Source: Takakia lepidozioides
Taxonomy: Eukaryota; Plantae; Bryophyta
DNA: 64,000 bases
NCBI GenBank assembly: GCA_030704615.1
Contig: CM060733.1
Location: forward strand, 36,766,001 to 36,830,000
Direction: 5' to 3'
The notes under the pieces were generated by a model that was given only the letters and a program-made list of their open reading frames with translations, did no database searches and was not told the DNA's origin. Positions 13,228-26,300 of this stretch are shown piece after piece. The translations under genes were made by a program, and so were the position numbers. The first letter of the stretch is position 1. Each line of letters opens with the position of its first letter.

Positions 13228-13238
13228 TGGTATCAGAG
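13228..13238 (+). promoter_or_regulatory. PBS, tRNA-iMet type (TGGTATCAGAG)
   Basis: Canonical plant iMet PBS directly after Y1. Confidence 0.9.
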
Positions 13239-13680
13239 TTAGGATGTTAAATCTTGATTTCTACTAGCTAGGGATCTTGACTGGTATTGGATGGTTTGAT
13301 GGCAGGAAGAGACCACACACTGATTCCTGATGAACCAAGCATTGGAGATGTGCTGATTTGCTTCAGCAGACGCACACCAAATGCACACGCAGACCCTTGT
13401 TTGTACTTCTTCAACCCTGCTTGGAGAATAGCAATGGTGATTTATGTCTTAGAGTGATTCATACTGGTGGAAGAACAACCATAGCACTTTGGATAAGAGA
13501 GTTAGGAAGGTGGGTGAAGATAAATACCATGGCACGAGAGGTGACATGGGGAGGTAGAGTAGAGATGTTGCGAAATGGACAGTGGGAGTGGTATAGAGGT
13601 CAACATTAAGGGAGTTGCGGAAAAATTAGAGTCAGAATTAGGTGTTGAAACAGTTTGAACTTTGATTAGAGAATAGAAGG

Positions 13681-16600
13681 ATGACCCCAACCAGCATAGA
13701 TGCGCCTTATCATGGTAGGAATAGTGAGGATGTAAATGACTGGCTGGAGAGAATTCAGATGGAGGCAGATGTCAGGGATTTGAATGAGGACAAGACTTTC
13801 AAGGTAGCAAGGCTCAACCTGAGAGCCAAGGCTGATGAATGGTACCGTAAACAAAACCCTAGACCAAACAACTGGGTGGACTTCAGGGCAGCAATTTCAG
13901 CCAAGTTTGGTATCGTTGACTTGGCAGAAATTAGGCTAAGAATGGATACCATTAAACAGGAGAGTAGACAAAGGGTTCAAACATACTTCGATAGGTTGAA
14001 CCGGTTATTTATAAGAAGTGGGGCGTCTGATTTGGAACAGAGACGTAGATTTGCAGCAGGTTTGAGACCAGAAATAGCAAGAGTAATGCTGGGCAGGCGC
14101 TTCCTTGATGTAGAGGAAGCACTTGACACAGCCATTGAGATTGAAAGGGGCCTGGGAAAGTTAGGGGAAATACCTCTAGAACCATTGGAAGGAGATGATA
14201 CAGATGAGTCAGTTGTGTTTGTCAACCCTGTGGACAGAAGACTTGATCAGCTGAACACTACCCTACAGAAGTACTTTGATAGGGGACCAGTCATAGGAGA
14301 AAGCTCGGGATCTAGAACACCACCTCGTGTTCGCCTTTGTAATGTTTGTCACAAAGAAGGTCACATAGCTGCATATTGTCCTGAAGGAAGAACCCCAGCT
14401 AAGTGTGACAAATGTCACCGGTTCGGGCATTCCGGAAATGTGTGGTGTGAGATGCAACTTTTGCAAGCTACTCGGGCATACGGAGAGTGAGTGCAGTAGA
14501 AAACTCGACCAACTATGATGGGAACTCCGGGAACTAACTTTGTAGACGTGTTCTATGATGATGAGGATGATGTACTCGCAGAGATGACAGATCTGATGTC
14601 ACGAAATAGTATCAATGAAGTCAGACTTCCAAGGACACGCATACCTGTCCAGAGTCCGATTGTTGAACCTACAGGGTCACCAGAAAGGAATAGTGAGAGA
14701 GTGAACAGCCAAGCAAGACCAAGAGTGAAATCTACCCAAAGAACAATTTCAAGAATGCTATAGAAGGAGGTACGAAATCCAGAATCTTGAACCACTTCTA
14801 CAAAGGGAGAATATCGTTGTCGCCCATGGACCTGATCATGACTGTGCCCGGAGAGCTAGACAAATTGAAAGGGCTGGTCAAAGTGGTGGAAAGAGCAATG
14901 GTACAACAAAGGGAGACAACTCACAGTGTAGAAGTTGTGAAGGATGTACCAAGGCCTTTGTACTCAGCACACGCTGAGCCCACGATCTCGTATGCTTATA
15001 CTGGTAAGGTTAAAGCGCTTCATGTAATGATTACAATGGGAGATTACCAAGTATTAGGCCAGATTGACACTGGTGCCATGCTTTCTGTAATATCAGCTAG
15101 TACAGTCAGGGATCTGGGGTTTGGGATCTGTCATTACTAGTAAGGATGTGAATTACAGAGTAGCCTCAGGTGCTCTTGAGACTGCAATGGGCAGACTTGA
15201 GGACATCAAGGTCAAAGTAGGAGAACTAACCAATCGTTTGTCCTTTATGGTGGTGAACACGGATACATATCACATGCTGCTAGGATTGGACTTTCTCAAA
15301 AAGTTTGGCGCTGTAGTGGACACCGAAGCTGAAAACAATTCGCGTACGCTATGGGCCAGGAAAGGATTTTGCTCACTTCCCTTTGCACACCATCAATTAT
15401 AATGAGCCTGCAGTTACCAAAACAGCCTACCATAGAGGGGTCGAGAGTAGAATGAGATATGCAAGCAGTACGTCAGCAGGTAATGTCCTAACTGACGTCA
15501 GATGAACAGTACCTAGGCTTGTGGGAGAAGAAAAGAAAACCAGAGGAAGAATATGAGGACACGGAGGAAGCATCCTCAGGTTCTGACACCTCTAAATCTG
15601 ATAAAGATGAGGAGATGGGAGGCTCTGAGGAGAGTAAGGAGGGTAGAAACAGCACTGAGGGATGTTGAGGAAATAATAGACGATGTCAACCTAGGGGAGG
15701 ACTTGTTCGAGGACCAAGGGATGTCTGAACTCCTTCAGGAAGAGACCCATAAGAGCATGGCTGCTGCCATAATACAGGAAGCTTATCAGAAAGCTTGGAA
15801 TGGTGAACTAGGGAACAACAACCTAGAAATAGAGGATGACTTCCATGATTGGAATCAGGTTGTCACACAAGAGGAACGACAGAGAATGGCTAACTCTGTA
15901 AGCCAGGTGGAGGGAAAGAATTGGGAACCCAGTCAAGAGGAAGAAATGGAGAGTCGTTGGAGAAGTCTGAAATCCAGACTGCACATCAACCCAGAACTGG
16001 CCCCAGAACATAGGATAGAGCTTGAGCAAGAGCTGAAAGCAAACCAGGAATGCTTTGCTCTTAGCAAGGCTGACTTGGGATACTGCAGTGAGGTAGAACA
16101 CACAATTGACACACAAGGTTTTCCCCCTTGCAGAAGTCGTCCCAGCCGCCTATCAGAATGGGAGGAAGACGAGGTCCAAGGACAAATTGAGACTTTGATC
16201 TCACAAGGCAAGATGAGAGAGAGTAGTTCAGAATGGTCGTGTCCAGTTACCCTTCCACCAAAAAAGGATGGATCCAAGCGGTTTTGTGGTGATTTTAGGC
16301 CAGTAAACCGTTTGACCAGAAGGGACTCCCTATGCCATTAATTCAGGATGTTTTTAAACCAGTTGGGGAAAGCCAAGTGGTTTTCTGCGCTGGATTTACA
16401 ATCTGGTTTTTGGCAGATCAAAATGGACGACCGAGACATAGGCAAAACAGCGGTGATCACAAAGAAGGGATTGTATGAATGGCTGGTCATGCCATTCGGG
16501 CTAAAAAATGCCACTGCTACCTTTCAGAGAACAATGAATAGAGTGCTCAAGGAAGAAATCAAAGATTGCGCTAAGGTGTTTGTAGATGACGTCAATATCC

Positions 16601-19600
16601 ATAGCAAGGACTGGGGAGATCACGTGGGACATATAAAGAGAGTATTGAGCAAGGTTAGAAAGGCCAATCTTAGGCTCAATCCGGACAAGTGTTACTTTGC
16701 CAACTTACAGTTGGTATTCCTTGGGCATGTGATCTCTGAAGAAGGAACGTGGCCTGATCCAGATAAGATAGCTGCTATTGAAAGGTTTCCCTTGCCCAAA
16801 AACCACACTGCTCTCAAAAGCTACTTAGGCATGACAGGGTACTATAGGCCCTATGTCAAAGGATATGCTGGAGTGGCAGTACCCTTGTTCACTCTAACCA
16901 AGAAGGATGTAAAGTTTATCTGGAGTGCAGAGGCACAAAACGCTTTTTCTACCTTACAGGTGAAGTTGGTAACTGCTCCCATCCTGGCAAGACCAGATTT
17001 CTCAAGACCGTTCGTCTTGGATGTTGACTGGTCCATCAAAGGAGTAGGGGCAGTCTTGTCACAAAAGGAGTATAAAAAGGAGAGGGTCATTGCATACGCC
17101 AGTAAGGTACTATCTGATGCTCAGCGCAAATATCACCCTATGGAGGGTGAATGCTATGCACTGGTGTGGGGAGTATTACATTTTCGCAGTACCTGTATGG
17201 AACCCCTTTTGTAATCAGGACTGATCACAAACCACTGGAATGGTTGGCAACGGTAAGTGACGCATATGGACGCAGGGGTAGATGGATCATGATGTTACAA
17301 GATTTTGAGTTTAAAATTGTTCACAGAGCAGGTGCTAGGCATGCTAACGTAGATGCACTAAGCAGGTATCCAGTGGGACCAGCTGAGGAAACCGAGGAAA
17401 TCGAGGTATACTCTACTTCTCTGTACAGTCAGAAAAGAGAAGGGAGAAAGAGGGATGGAGCCTATCTTCTTAAGTTAGCTTGGGATAGGGGTGCCATCAA
17501 TGCTTCATTATTTCAATTTAAGGAGGGGAAGGAGGAGTTGAGAGAAGAAGCTCATAGGCAAGTAGGGTATAGCAGTGAAAAAGGGGAGATGATTTGCAAA
17601 AGAGAAGAGTACTATGCATGTGTATGGGGCCTTTGGCACTTCAAGGAAATACTGTTGGGAAGTCATTTTTCTTTAGAAACAGATCTAGATCCATATTGGT
17701 GGCTATACTCAGAGCACCACATAGGCATAGACTTACTTGGTGATTTTTCATTTGAGTTCGTTCCGGGTATAGTAAGATCTTCCACAGGTGGAATGTTGAC
17801 CAAGGATCATGGCATATTGAAAGGAGAACTGAAACCAGGCATAATGCCAGATGGAGAAGGAAAGAGGGTGACTTTTGCTGCAGACTTTTGCTACAAAAAA
17901 AAACAAGGAAAGGGTATTGATCAATCAAGCTCTGTCAATCTGGTGAGGGAGGGTATTTGGAAGGATAAGGGTGCAGGAAGGATAGAGGCTACTGCAATCA
18001 GCAACAAGGAAAAGGAGCATCTGATGCCCTCTTGTCCCACCATCCATGTGATTACCCGAGGATCTTGTGCTCGTGATAAGCAGCTGAGCGAGGTACATCC
18101 AGCCTGTGAACTTGTGGAAGAGAGATTGAACAATGAAAAGGGAAGCTTGCAAGGGACACCATTCCTTCAACACTTGACAAGCACTCCAACAACAAGAAGA
18201 ACGGGGTGACTTCCATCAGAATGCCCAGCCAAGAAAAAACATGGGGGGTGAGTGTTCCACCAAGACGTTTTGTTCTTCAGACAGTGATGGAACAAGTGGT
18301 TCAGAACAAGACACTTCTTCTTGCAACAAGATTGATGAAGCGGACTGGGTACCATGGACCACACCCACCAAAGCTACTCAGATGTCATTATTACGTGAGG
18401 CTGAAAGATGTGGGAAAAGCTCTCTATCAGCTCTGACCATCATACAGCAGCTGTTAGGGAGGAAAGGCAACCTGATGTGCTTGATGATGTGGAGGTCATG
18501 CACCTCTTATGTTTGGAGAAGTCAATGACTACCTGACAAAGGAGGAGAGCAAGAGAGTCAAGAGGCGGGCAAGGCAGTACTCCTATCTCAAAGGTGAGGT
18601 CTACTTTGATGGAAGGGTAGTTCCACCAAAGACTGACAGAGGGGCAATAATCACTGAAGTACATGAAGCCACTGGCCACTTTGGAGTCAGAAGAACACAA
18701 GAGGAGATATGCCGACGTTATTTCTGGCATGATAGAAAACTCATCAGGCAAGTACTCAAGGGCTGTGGTAAATGTCAGATGGCCAAACAGAACGGAGTGT
18801 TGCGCTCAGGTAGCTCAAAACTTCACAGCATTCCAGTAGTGGATCTGTTTTTCAGAGTTGCAATTGACACGGCAGGACCATTACCTATAACCAGCAGGGG
18901 CAATCAGTACTTTCTGGTGGCAATCGATCACTTCTCAAAATGGATAGAAGCTGCACCAGTGGCAGATCATACAGCAGCCCTTGCTGCCCGCTTTCTTGAG
19001 GAAGAAGTAATTGACAGGTATGGCTGCCCACATACGTTGCTCACTGACAATGGCACAGAGTGGGGAGGTGAGTTTGAAGATACATGCCACGAATACGGTA
19101 TAAAGAGGGAGCATAGTGCCCCCTACTGGCCTCAGTGTAACGGTATGGTGGAAAGAGTCATTAAGTCATCAAACAGAAGCATCACCACCCTAGGAGTTGG
19201 AAACGACACTGAGTGGGATCAGAATCTCTATAAGGCCCTGTTTGGTTACAGAATGGGTGTCCATGCTTCCACTGGGTTCTCCTTTTCAGGTACTTACTGG
19301 TAGAATTCCCAGGCTGGGAATTGACAACAGGTTGCATTTTCTTACAACACAGTAAATTCTGATGGATCTGTAGCAGAAGTCACACTTAGATGCAGCAGAA
19401 AATCAATCTCACAGAGATGAAGGCAAAGCTGCGAAAGAGTGTGAAGAAGAGGGCAGCGTCAACAGGCAAGAGATTATGAAAGAAGGCATCAAACAGGGCA
19501 TACCTACTGCACGTTGATGGAGAACAGCAAGGTAATGATGTTGAGACCTGGAAAGAGGTCTTCCATGACATCTCCATGGGAGGGACCCTATGACTTTTTG

Positions 19601-19769
19601 GGATACAAGGACGCAGGAAGCACAACCAACTGGAGAAGCTGCACGAAGATGCAGGTTGAGAGATGGAGCAGACAAGGAATGGGTAAGAAGTAGGAGGGAT
19701 TTAAAACCCTTCATACCACCAATAGGTGTTCAGCCGTCAAAGGTGGTCAGTGAGGACCCTGACACTTAA
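13681..19769 (+). CDS. Element A gag-pol (frameshifted)
   Basis: Gag with CCHC knuckles (CNVCHKEGHIAAYC), protease IDTGA, RT LDLQSGFWQ / FVDD, RNase H DVDWS..TDHKPL, integrase HEATGHFG..C..C, DTAGP, TDNG, NGMVER. Confidence 0.92.
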
Positions 19770-19778
19770 AAAAGGAGA
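19768..19778 (+). promoter_or_regulatory. Polypurine tract of A (AAAAAAGGAGA)
   Basis: Purine run after the pol stop, immediately before CACACTACA-TA-TGTAGTGTG. Confidence 0.75.
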
Positions 19779-22102
19779 CACACTACATATGTAGTGTGAA
19801 TGCAGGGAAAAATCTCAAGTTTGTGTTTGGCATCAGGTTTCGGCACTACTACAAAGGGAGTACCCTTCGTGCTAATGAAGGGGAGGAATTGACCATAACT
19901 TGAGGTAATTCCATGGAAGGACTATGCTATTTATCTGCCAAGAACAAAATATGGCTAAGTTATGACATGCACCTTTTTCATCCTAGGATGAATGATTTTC
20001 ATCCATGATGTTGAACCCTAGAAGCGGATGTGAAATTCGAAGGGGAAGAGTGCGTGGATCTTTTCGCAGCTGCTGCAGTGGTGTTGGCAGCACAGGATAT
20101 CTGAGAAGGTTCCACCTACGCAAAGGGTATCAGCTTGCTTTAAGAGAAATGTTAAGAGCTCCTGCTTGGCTTTCTGTGCAAAAGAAGCGGTGCCGCCTTC
20201 TTCGTAAGCAATGATCAAACCTGAGGGATTGGGTTTGTGATAAGGGCGGTGCACCACTGCTGTCGCCATGGTATTTGTGAGCACATTAATGAGGAGATGG
20301 AGTGGCTCAGCAGGTGTTGGGGGATGAGAAATGCAGGCTGGTGTGTATTATCGCCTCAGGTTGTCAGTGATCAAATCTTGTAGCTGCTGTCTGTTTTTGA
20401 GCTGTAGGACCAGATCACTTTGTAAGGGAATCAGCTTGCCTTAAAGAGTGACGTTGAGGGATCTGGCTTGGCTTTCTGTGCAAGAGGAAGCGGTGCCGCC
20501 TTCTGGTGTGTATGGCGCTTAAGCTATCTATAAATAAGTTATGTATCTGCTCTCTGTCTTAAGGGCTGTAGGACCAGATCACTTCATAGGGAGGAAATGC
20601 ACATGTAGAAGGATAGGGTAGAGGTTGGCAGGCACAAGGATGTGCCAGCAGCTGAAGCAGAGCCGTCATGCCTTAATGAGGACTGGAATCACGATAAAGA
20701 AAACGTCGGAGATGGCTGACGAGGGAAAGGATAAGGTGCCTTCTTGACAGGCAGACCCACCACTTCAAGGAGTATAAGACAGATAAGTTTGAGGAGTGTG
20801 CCCCCCTTTTAGTTTTTGGTTGCTTAGAAATCGCTTTGTGAAGTTTGAACTGTCTCTTGTATGTAGTAAGAGACACTGACATGTGAGGAAGAAAAGAGCT
20901 TTGTAAATGGAATGAAGACACTGGACTTCAAACCAGGATGGGCTGGAGATGGATGCACCTGCTATTACATTGTACAGTAGGAAAATGAATGGAAACAGGG
21001 TAGACTCGTTGCTGGGACAGAATGGTTACTGTTGTTGTATTCTTGTTCCTTGTTTCAACGTCATGAGCTTGTACAAAAATCTAGCCTGGGATGTTGACAC
21101 ATTGCAGCCAATGTGGAACTAGCTTAGTAGGTAGAGGAAACCAGAGAGGGTTAGATAGAACTGTTTGGAAACAACAAGAAGGGATGATGTGGATGGGGCA
21201 GAAAAACCAGCATCTGTTTGGGTTTGGATCTGATTCATCAGAGTGCTCTCAGCCCATGAACCACTGACGTTCACAGCTGATGGGAAAAAGAGAGCTGTCA
21301 GGGTGTGTAAATTGAGACCTGTAGAAGGGTTGAGAGCTGTCTTGGGCAATGGTTATACCTGGGAAAAGTGGAGTGTGAAGCATCTGTCATTGGCAAGAGA
21401 GGGACTGATAAAAGGGCTGATTATATCTTGTGTGACCAAGGTTGATTTCAATGCTGGGTGCACTGGATGCTTGGCTGAATGCGCATTGCATTGCATCATA
21501 GGCATGTTACAGTGGAAAGAGTGAGGAACCCACTTATCCTGAAAGAAAGAGAGAGGGGAGAGAAAAGGACACAAGGGAGAGAGTTGACCAGCAAGAGGTT
21601 ATGATGAGGAATGGATGATTGGGGAGGTAAGATAAAGAAAGCATGAACCATGAAGGGCCAAACTGGAGGGCCTGCAAACTCATGGCAGATCTGCGTTGCC
21701 GCCTTCCAAATCGTGATCTTGTTACAAAGGGGATTCCACGTATTGTTGACCAAGAGAGCTGCCCACAAGGGCAGTGGTCATCACTGACGTAGGGCTGGTT
21801 GCATCACTGAAGACCGCATGGTAACATGGCTGGTGCAGTGTATCAGGGAAAGGATGTCGTGTAGAAGTAGAACCACGGGTGAAAACAATACAGACTCCCC
21901 ATCCATGTCTTCTCTTCCGCTGCGGCGTGGATGAGGATTGTGCGAACTCTGATCACGAAGGACCTGATGGAAACCCACACCGAGTGACGATGGTTGGATC
22001 AGCTGAGAGGGAGAGCTCCTTTCCTTCCCTCCGATTGACCTAGGGAAGAGCACAACTAGACTTGCACAGAAGGGGATTCACGCCCCTTCTTTTCACACTA
22101 CA
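19779..22102 (+). repeat. Element A 3' repeat block X1(19779-19787)-TA-Y2(19790-22093)-X2(22094-22102)
   Basis: Direct comparison with Y1. X = CACACTACA. Confidence 0.9.
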
Positions 22103-22233
22103 GGGGCTTGGGGCCGGACAGGCAGGAAATGCTGATGCGGACTGCCTCCAGATCGAAGAATCCTCGGAAGTGGGCGGCGGTCTTGCGAGAGGGCCTTCGG
22201 GACACGCCATTGCTGCGAAGAGGCCAACATTTG
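22103..22233 (+). pseudogene. MULE transposase middle fragment between the two LTR insertions
   Basis: GLGPDRQEMLMRTASRS...RRGQHL is in frame with both flanks once the TSDs are removed. Confidence 0.85.
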
Positions 22234-22915
22234 TGTCGTGCGCATACATATCGCTACACAACTACATTGCTGTCCAAAACCACACAACACATGTGCACAC
22301 CACACACTAGTATACCACTAGTCCAACCACTAGTCCAACCACTAGGCTACAACTAGTCAGTCACTAGGCTGCCACTACGTTGCCCACTATGACAGTCACT
22401 AGTCCACACAATGATAAAGAAGAAGAATACAAGCACAAGCTCATGCGAGCTCACAAAGCTGAAGCATAAACTCATGCATATATAACCTCATCACTCAAAT
22501 ACAAGTCAAGCCAAGTGCACCCCACGCCATGGGGAATCCACACTACGGCGCCATAGCTAGGCGCGGTGAGGCTCAACTCGAGAAAGATGAGCCTCCCGCG
22601 CTTGCCGTGAAGATAACCACTCCAGGGCCTAAATCTGCCTTGACCCCTGGATTGACACTTGGGCCAATCCCAAATGTCAATATGTAAAAGCTAGCTATTT
22701 CCTAGCTAGTTTCACACTAGTGGTAAAATAACTTGACAGCTGTCGTGCGCATACATATCGCTACACAACTACATCGCTGTCCAAAACCACACAACACATG
22801 TGCACACCACACACTAGTATACACTAGTCTACCACTAGTCCAGCCACTAGTCCAACCACTAGGCTACAACTAGTCAGTCACTAGGCTGCCACTATGGCAG
22901 TCACTAGTCCACACA
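22234..22915 (-). repeat. Element B 3' repeat block: X2 (22234-22410), Y2 (22412-22738), GC, X1 (22741-22915)
   Basis: X1 and X2 both start TGTCGTGCGCATACATATCG and end AGTCCACACA. Y2 matches 33062-33387. PPT (G7 on -) at 22921-22927. Confidence 0.92.
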
Positions 22916-23177
22916 CATCGCCCCCCCTAGCTGGTGCTTAGGTCCCTCTAAGTCCAGGTAGCCACAAGATGTGATAGTGACCATAGCCTCACTAAGTCCT
23001 CCACCACTATCCCTACTACACTCAAACTCGATAGATCAAGAGGCCGGGTGCAAGAGTTGCCCCATCGTTAGTCGCCGTCTTGCAACCTGTGAACTTGAGC
23101 TTGGGATCTCATGTATTGACTCCTATGAGCTTGGCCTCCCATGTCTTGTTAGCTGCCTCCAGTCATGTCCACTGCCA

Positions 23178-23330
23178 CTATCCCAAGCAGTGTGGACACA
23201 ACCAATCTCCGTCAGGAACCTTCTCAAGAGGTGGTGTCAAGCATCCCATATGCCAACCCCTTGAGCATCGATCACACACCAGCATGGTGGCTGCCCCTTT
23301 GGCAGACCCACAGAGCATGCACCTCAAACC
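23178..23330 (-). other. PHD finger at the pol C-terminus
   Basis: CMLC..MLVCDRCSRGWHMGCLTPPLEKVPDGDWLCPHC (C4HC3). Confidence 0.92.
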
Positions 23331-26300
23331 TGCAGGTACCACTGCCAAGTTTGGGTCAACTCTGCCATCGACATTGGAAGGTGACATGGCGCACAATTAC
23401 GCACATGGTCTTCCAAGTCATGCCATCCCGACCCTCTAAGATCAGGACCCTGAGGGCAACACCTCTCGAACCCTCAGAATAACACGCCCTGCAGTAACAT
23501 CCAGAGTCGTAGGAGCAGTCTGCTGCAAATAAACATAGTCACCAGGGCTAAACCTCCGAACCCCAGGACGATATCCTCCACCACGTATAGTGGCATACCT
23601 CAACGTATCACGGTGCTGTGCAATGGCAAGGTTCTCAAAAGCCATGGGCATGACTTTCTTGAACAACTCTGCACGCTGATCACATGCACGTACCCACACG
23701 TCCGGATCGTCAAGGTTAAGGACTTGAGCTGTCCCTACGAATGGCTGCAGGCAAATCCGGCTCTCGGCCAAAGAGAAGGAAATATGGTGAGAAGGAGGCA
23801 AGTGATGCTTGTTTGCTGAACCTGTAGCCCATGGCTAACCAAGGAACCTGAAGATCCCAATCTCCTAGGTGTCCCTTCTGCAAGCCATACTTGCGCAAAC
23901 CCCTCTTCACCGAACAACTCTCTCGCTAAGCATCGGCCTCAGGATGATCCCGAGAAGTGGTGCGGTGGTCTATCAAGGCTTTATCACACAAAGCCTGAAA
24001 CTCCCCCAAGAACTCTCTCTCCTGGTCCGTGAGTACCTCAGCTGGAGCACCAAATCGGCTAAGCACACGATCCAAGAATGCATACGCAGCCCCCTCACTA
24101 GCCTTGTCAGGCAATGGAACCAACTCAATCCACTTGGAGAAGTGCTCCACCATCACCAACACATATCTGTGGTGGCGCATAGTCAGTGGCAACGGTCCTG
24201 CGAAGTCAAGACTCCACCTGTAGCCCAATCCCATGATGGTAAAGGATGCAACTGTGGTGTAGGGGCGTTGAATGAAGCACGCACCCTGTCACACACCATG
24301 CACCTAGCCACAAACTGTTGCACCTCTGTATGCATACCACGCCACCAATACTACTGCCCCTGCAGTAAACTGTGAGTGCGTCGCACTCCAAAATGCCCCA
24401 ACTCCTCATGGGCATGCCCACTAACCGTGCACGCTGTGTGGGGTGGGCACAATCCCTCACCCGACCATCCTCCCACACTCGAAGTAGGTGTATCCCCTCC
24501 CACTTGAACCTCTTGGCTCGTTGCAGGATCCGATCCCTCTCCCTGGCAGTCACAATGGGCTGCCGTGTCTCCCGTGCGGAGGTAGTCCAACACAGCCGAA
24601 TCCTCATGTATATCTCTGGCACCCACTAGCTCATCACTAGCCTCAGGGTCCTCAGACACTCCGTCTACAGTCATCCCTGTTTAGGTCCAATCTGACCTCC
24701 CGATGCCAAGATACACAAAATGCAGATGCGTGCCATCCCGGCACCATCTCCTCATCCGTCTCACCAATGCCACCGAGCTCCAGTGTCATCCTGCTGGCTC
24801 ATGCATGGATTGCGACTCAATCCATCCGCATCCCGATTGACCAACCCGGTCGATGCACAACCTGAAAGTCATACTCCTGGAGTATAAGTGCCCACCGTGC
24901 AAGCTTCCCCGTAAGCTTGTCTGACTCCATCAACCACTTGAGTGGCTGGTGATCCGTGACAAGGGTGAAAAGATTTGCGTATGATAGGCCGTATAGATAG
25001 CACCTGAAGTGTGCCACGGCCCACACTGCAGCTAAGCACTCTCCCTCATATGAGCTGTTACTTAGCCTCTGCAGCGTTGTTCGAGCGGCTAGCGTAAGCC
25101 ACTACGAAACTCTCTTCCTCATCATCCACCTGTGTGAGCACCGCTCCAAGCCCCAGCATGCTCCAATCCGTATGCAGCTGAAAGGGACGCCCCCTGATAG
25201 GTCGTCTCAAGATAGGCGCCGAGGTCAACCTCGCTTGAGCTCTTGAAAAGCTCGTTCCTGCTCATCTTCCCACTGCCACTCCTGTCCACCTTGGTCAGCT
25301 TGGTTAGAGCCTTTGCAATGGTACTAAATCCCTTGACAAACCGTCTATAATAGTTTGCCAACCCCATGAAAGCTCGAACTCGGCTCACATCCGTGGGGCG
25401 TGGAATTTGTGCAATGGCCTCTACCTTAGTCTGCTGTACCCCCAATCCTCCAGGATATATCATGTGACCCAGATACTCAATCTGGTTGTGGAAAAACTTG
25501 CACTTCCCGGATGCAACTTCAATCCGTGCGCTCTCAAGCGCTCCAATACCACCTGAAGGTGTCTCTCATGCTCCTCCATCGTAACACTAAAGATGATGAT
25601 GTCATCTATGTAGCACCGAGCAAAGTCCACCCCTGCTAGAATCCTATCCATGACTCTCTGAAACTCTGCAGGAGCATTCTTAAGCCCAAATGGTAAGAAC
25701 CGCCTATATAGGCAATCCTTGCCGTGCTCATTGATCCCCCAGAATGCCGTCTTCTGCTTGTCCGCCTCCTTGATTGGCAACTGGTGATTCCGGATCGTAA
25801 ATCCAAAGTGCTAAAGGCCTTAGCATGCCCGATGGCATCAAAGATCTCCTCTGGTGTTGGCATGGCATACTTATCGGACTTGGTCTGACGATTTACAGGC
25901 CGGTAATCACCGCACATACGTCTCTCCGTCCAATTGCCATAGACATCCTTCTTGGCTGGCATCACTGTGGCTGAAGCATACTCTCCACCAGAGAGCTCCA
26001 CCAAACCTGCCTCCAGAGATCTTGAGTCCTCATCTGAATCAAAGACCTCTCCATGTCACTGTATCTATAGGGTCTCCGAAAGATTGGCGTGTCAGTGGCC
26101 AACTCAATACGGATCTCTTGACCCTTCAGTGCTCCCAAGTCCTTCAAACTGAAGGCAAAGCAATTCTGTAAGCCCTCAGGAACCGCCGTATACGTCGTCC
26201 TCTCTCCTCCGGTGACAATGGGTCCAATGTCAGGCTCCCAATTGTCCTCCGTAACTACAACCTTAAGTCCAGTGGGCTTAGAGGTAGAGGACGCGTTCCG

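Larger units (their letters stand above)
10929..22102 (+). mobile_element. Ty3/gypsy LTR retrotransposon A, full length, split-LTR layout, 4-bp TSD GGGG
   Basis: Ends TGTAGTGTGAA...TTCACACTACA. GGGG at 10925-10928 and 22103-22106. Removing the element restores the transposase frame KQW-GLGPDRQ. Domain order gag-PR-RT-RH-INT. Confidence 0.95.

Noticed and set aside
22234-22915. Solo LTR nested in an LTR as the explanation for X-Y-X
   Set aside because: No internal TSD flanks Y2 or X, the distal end has only Y, and element A shows the same layout.
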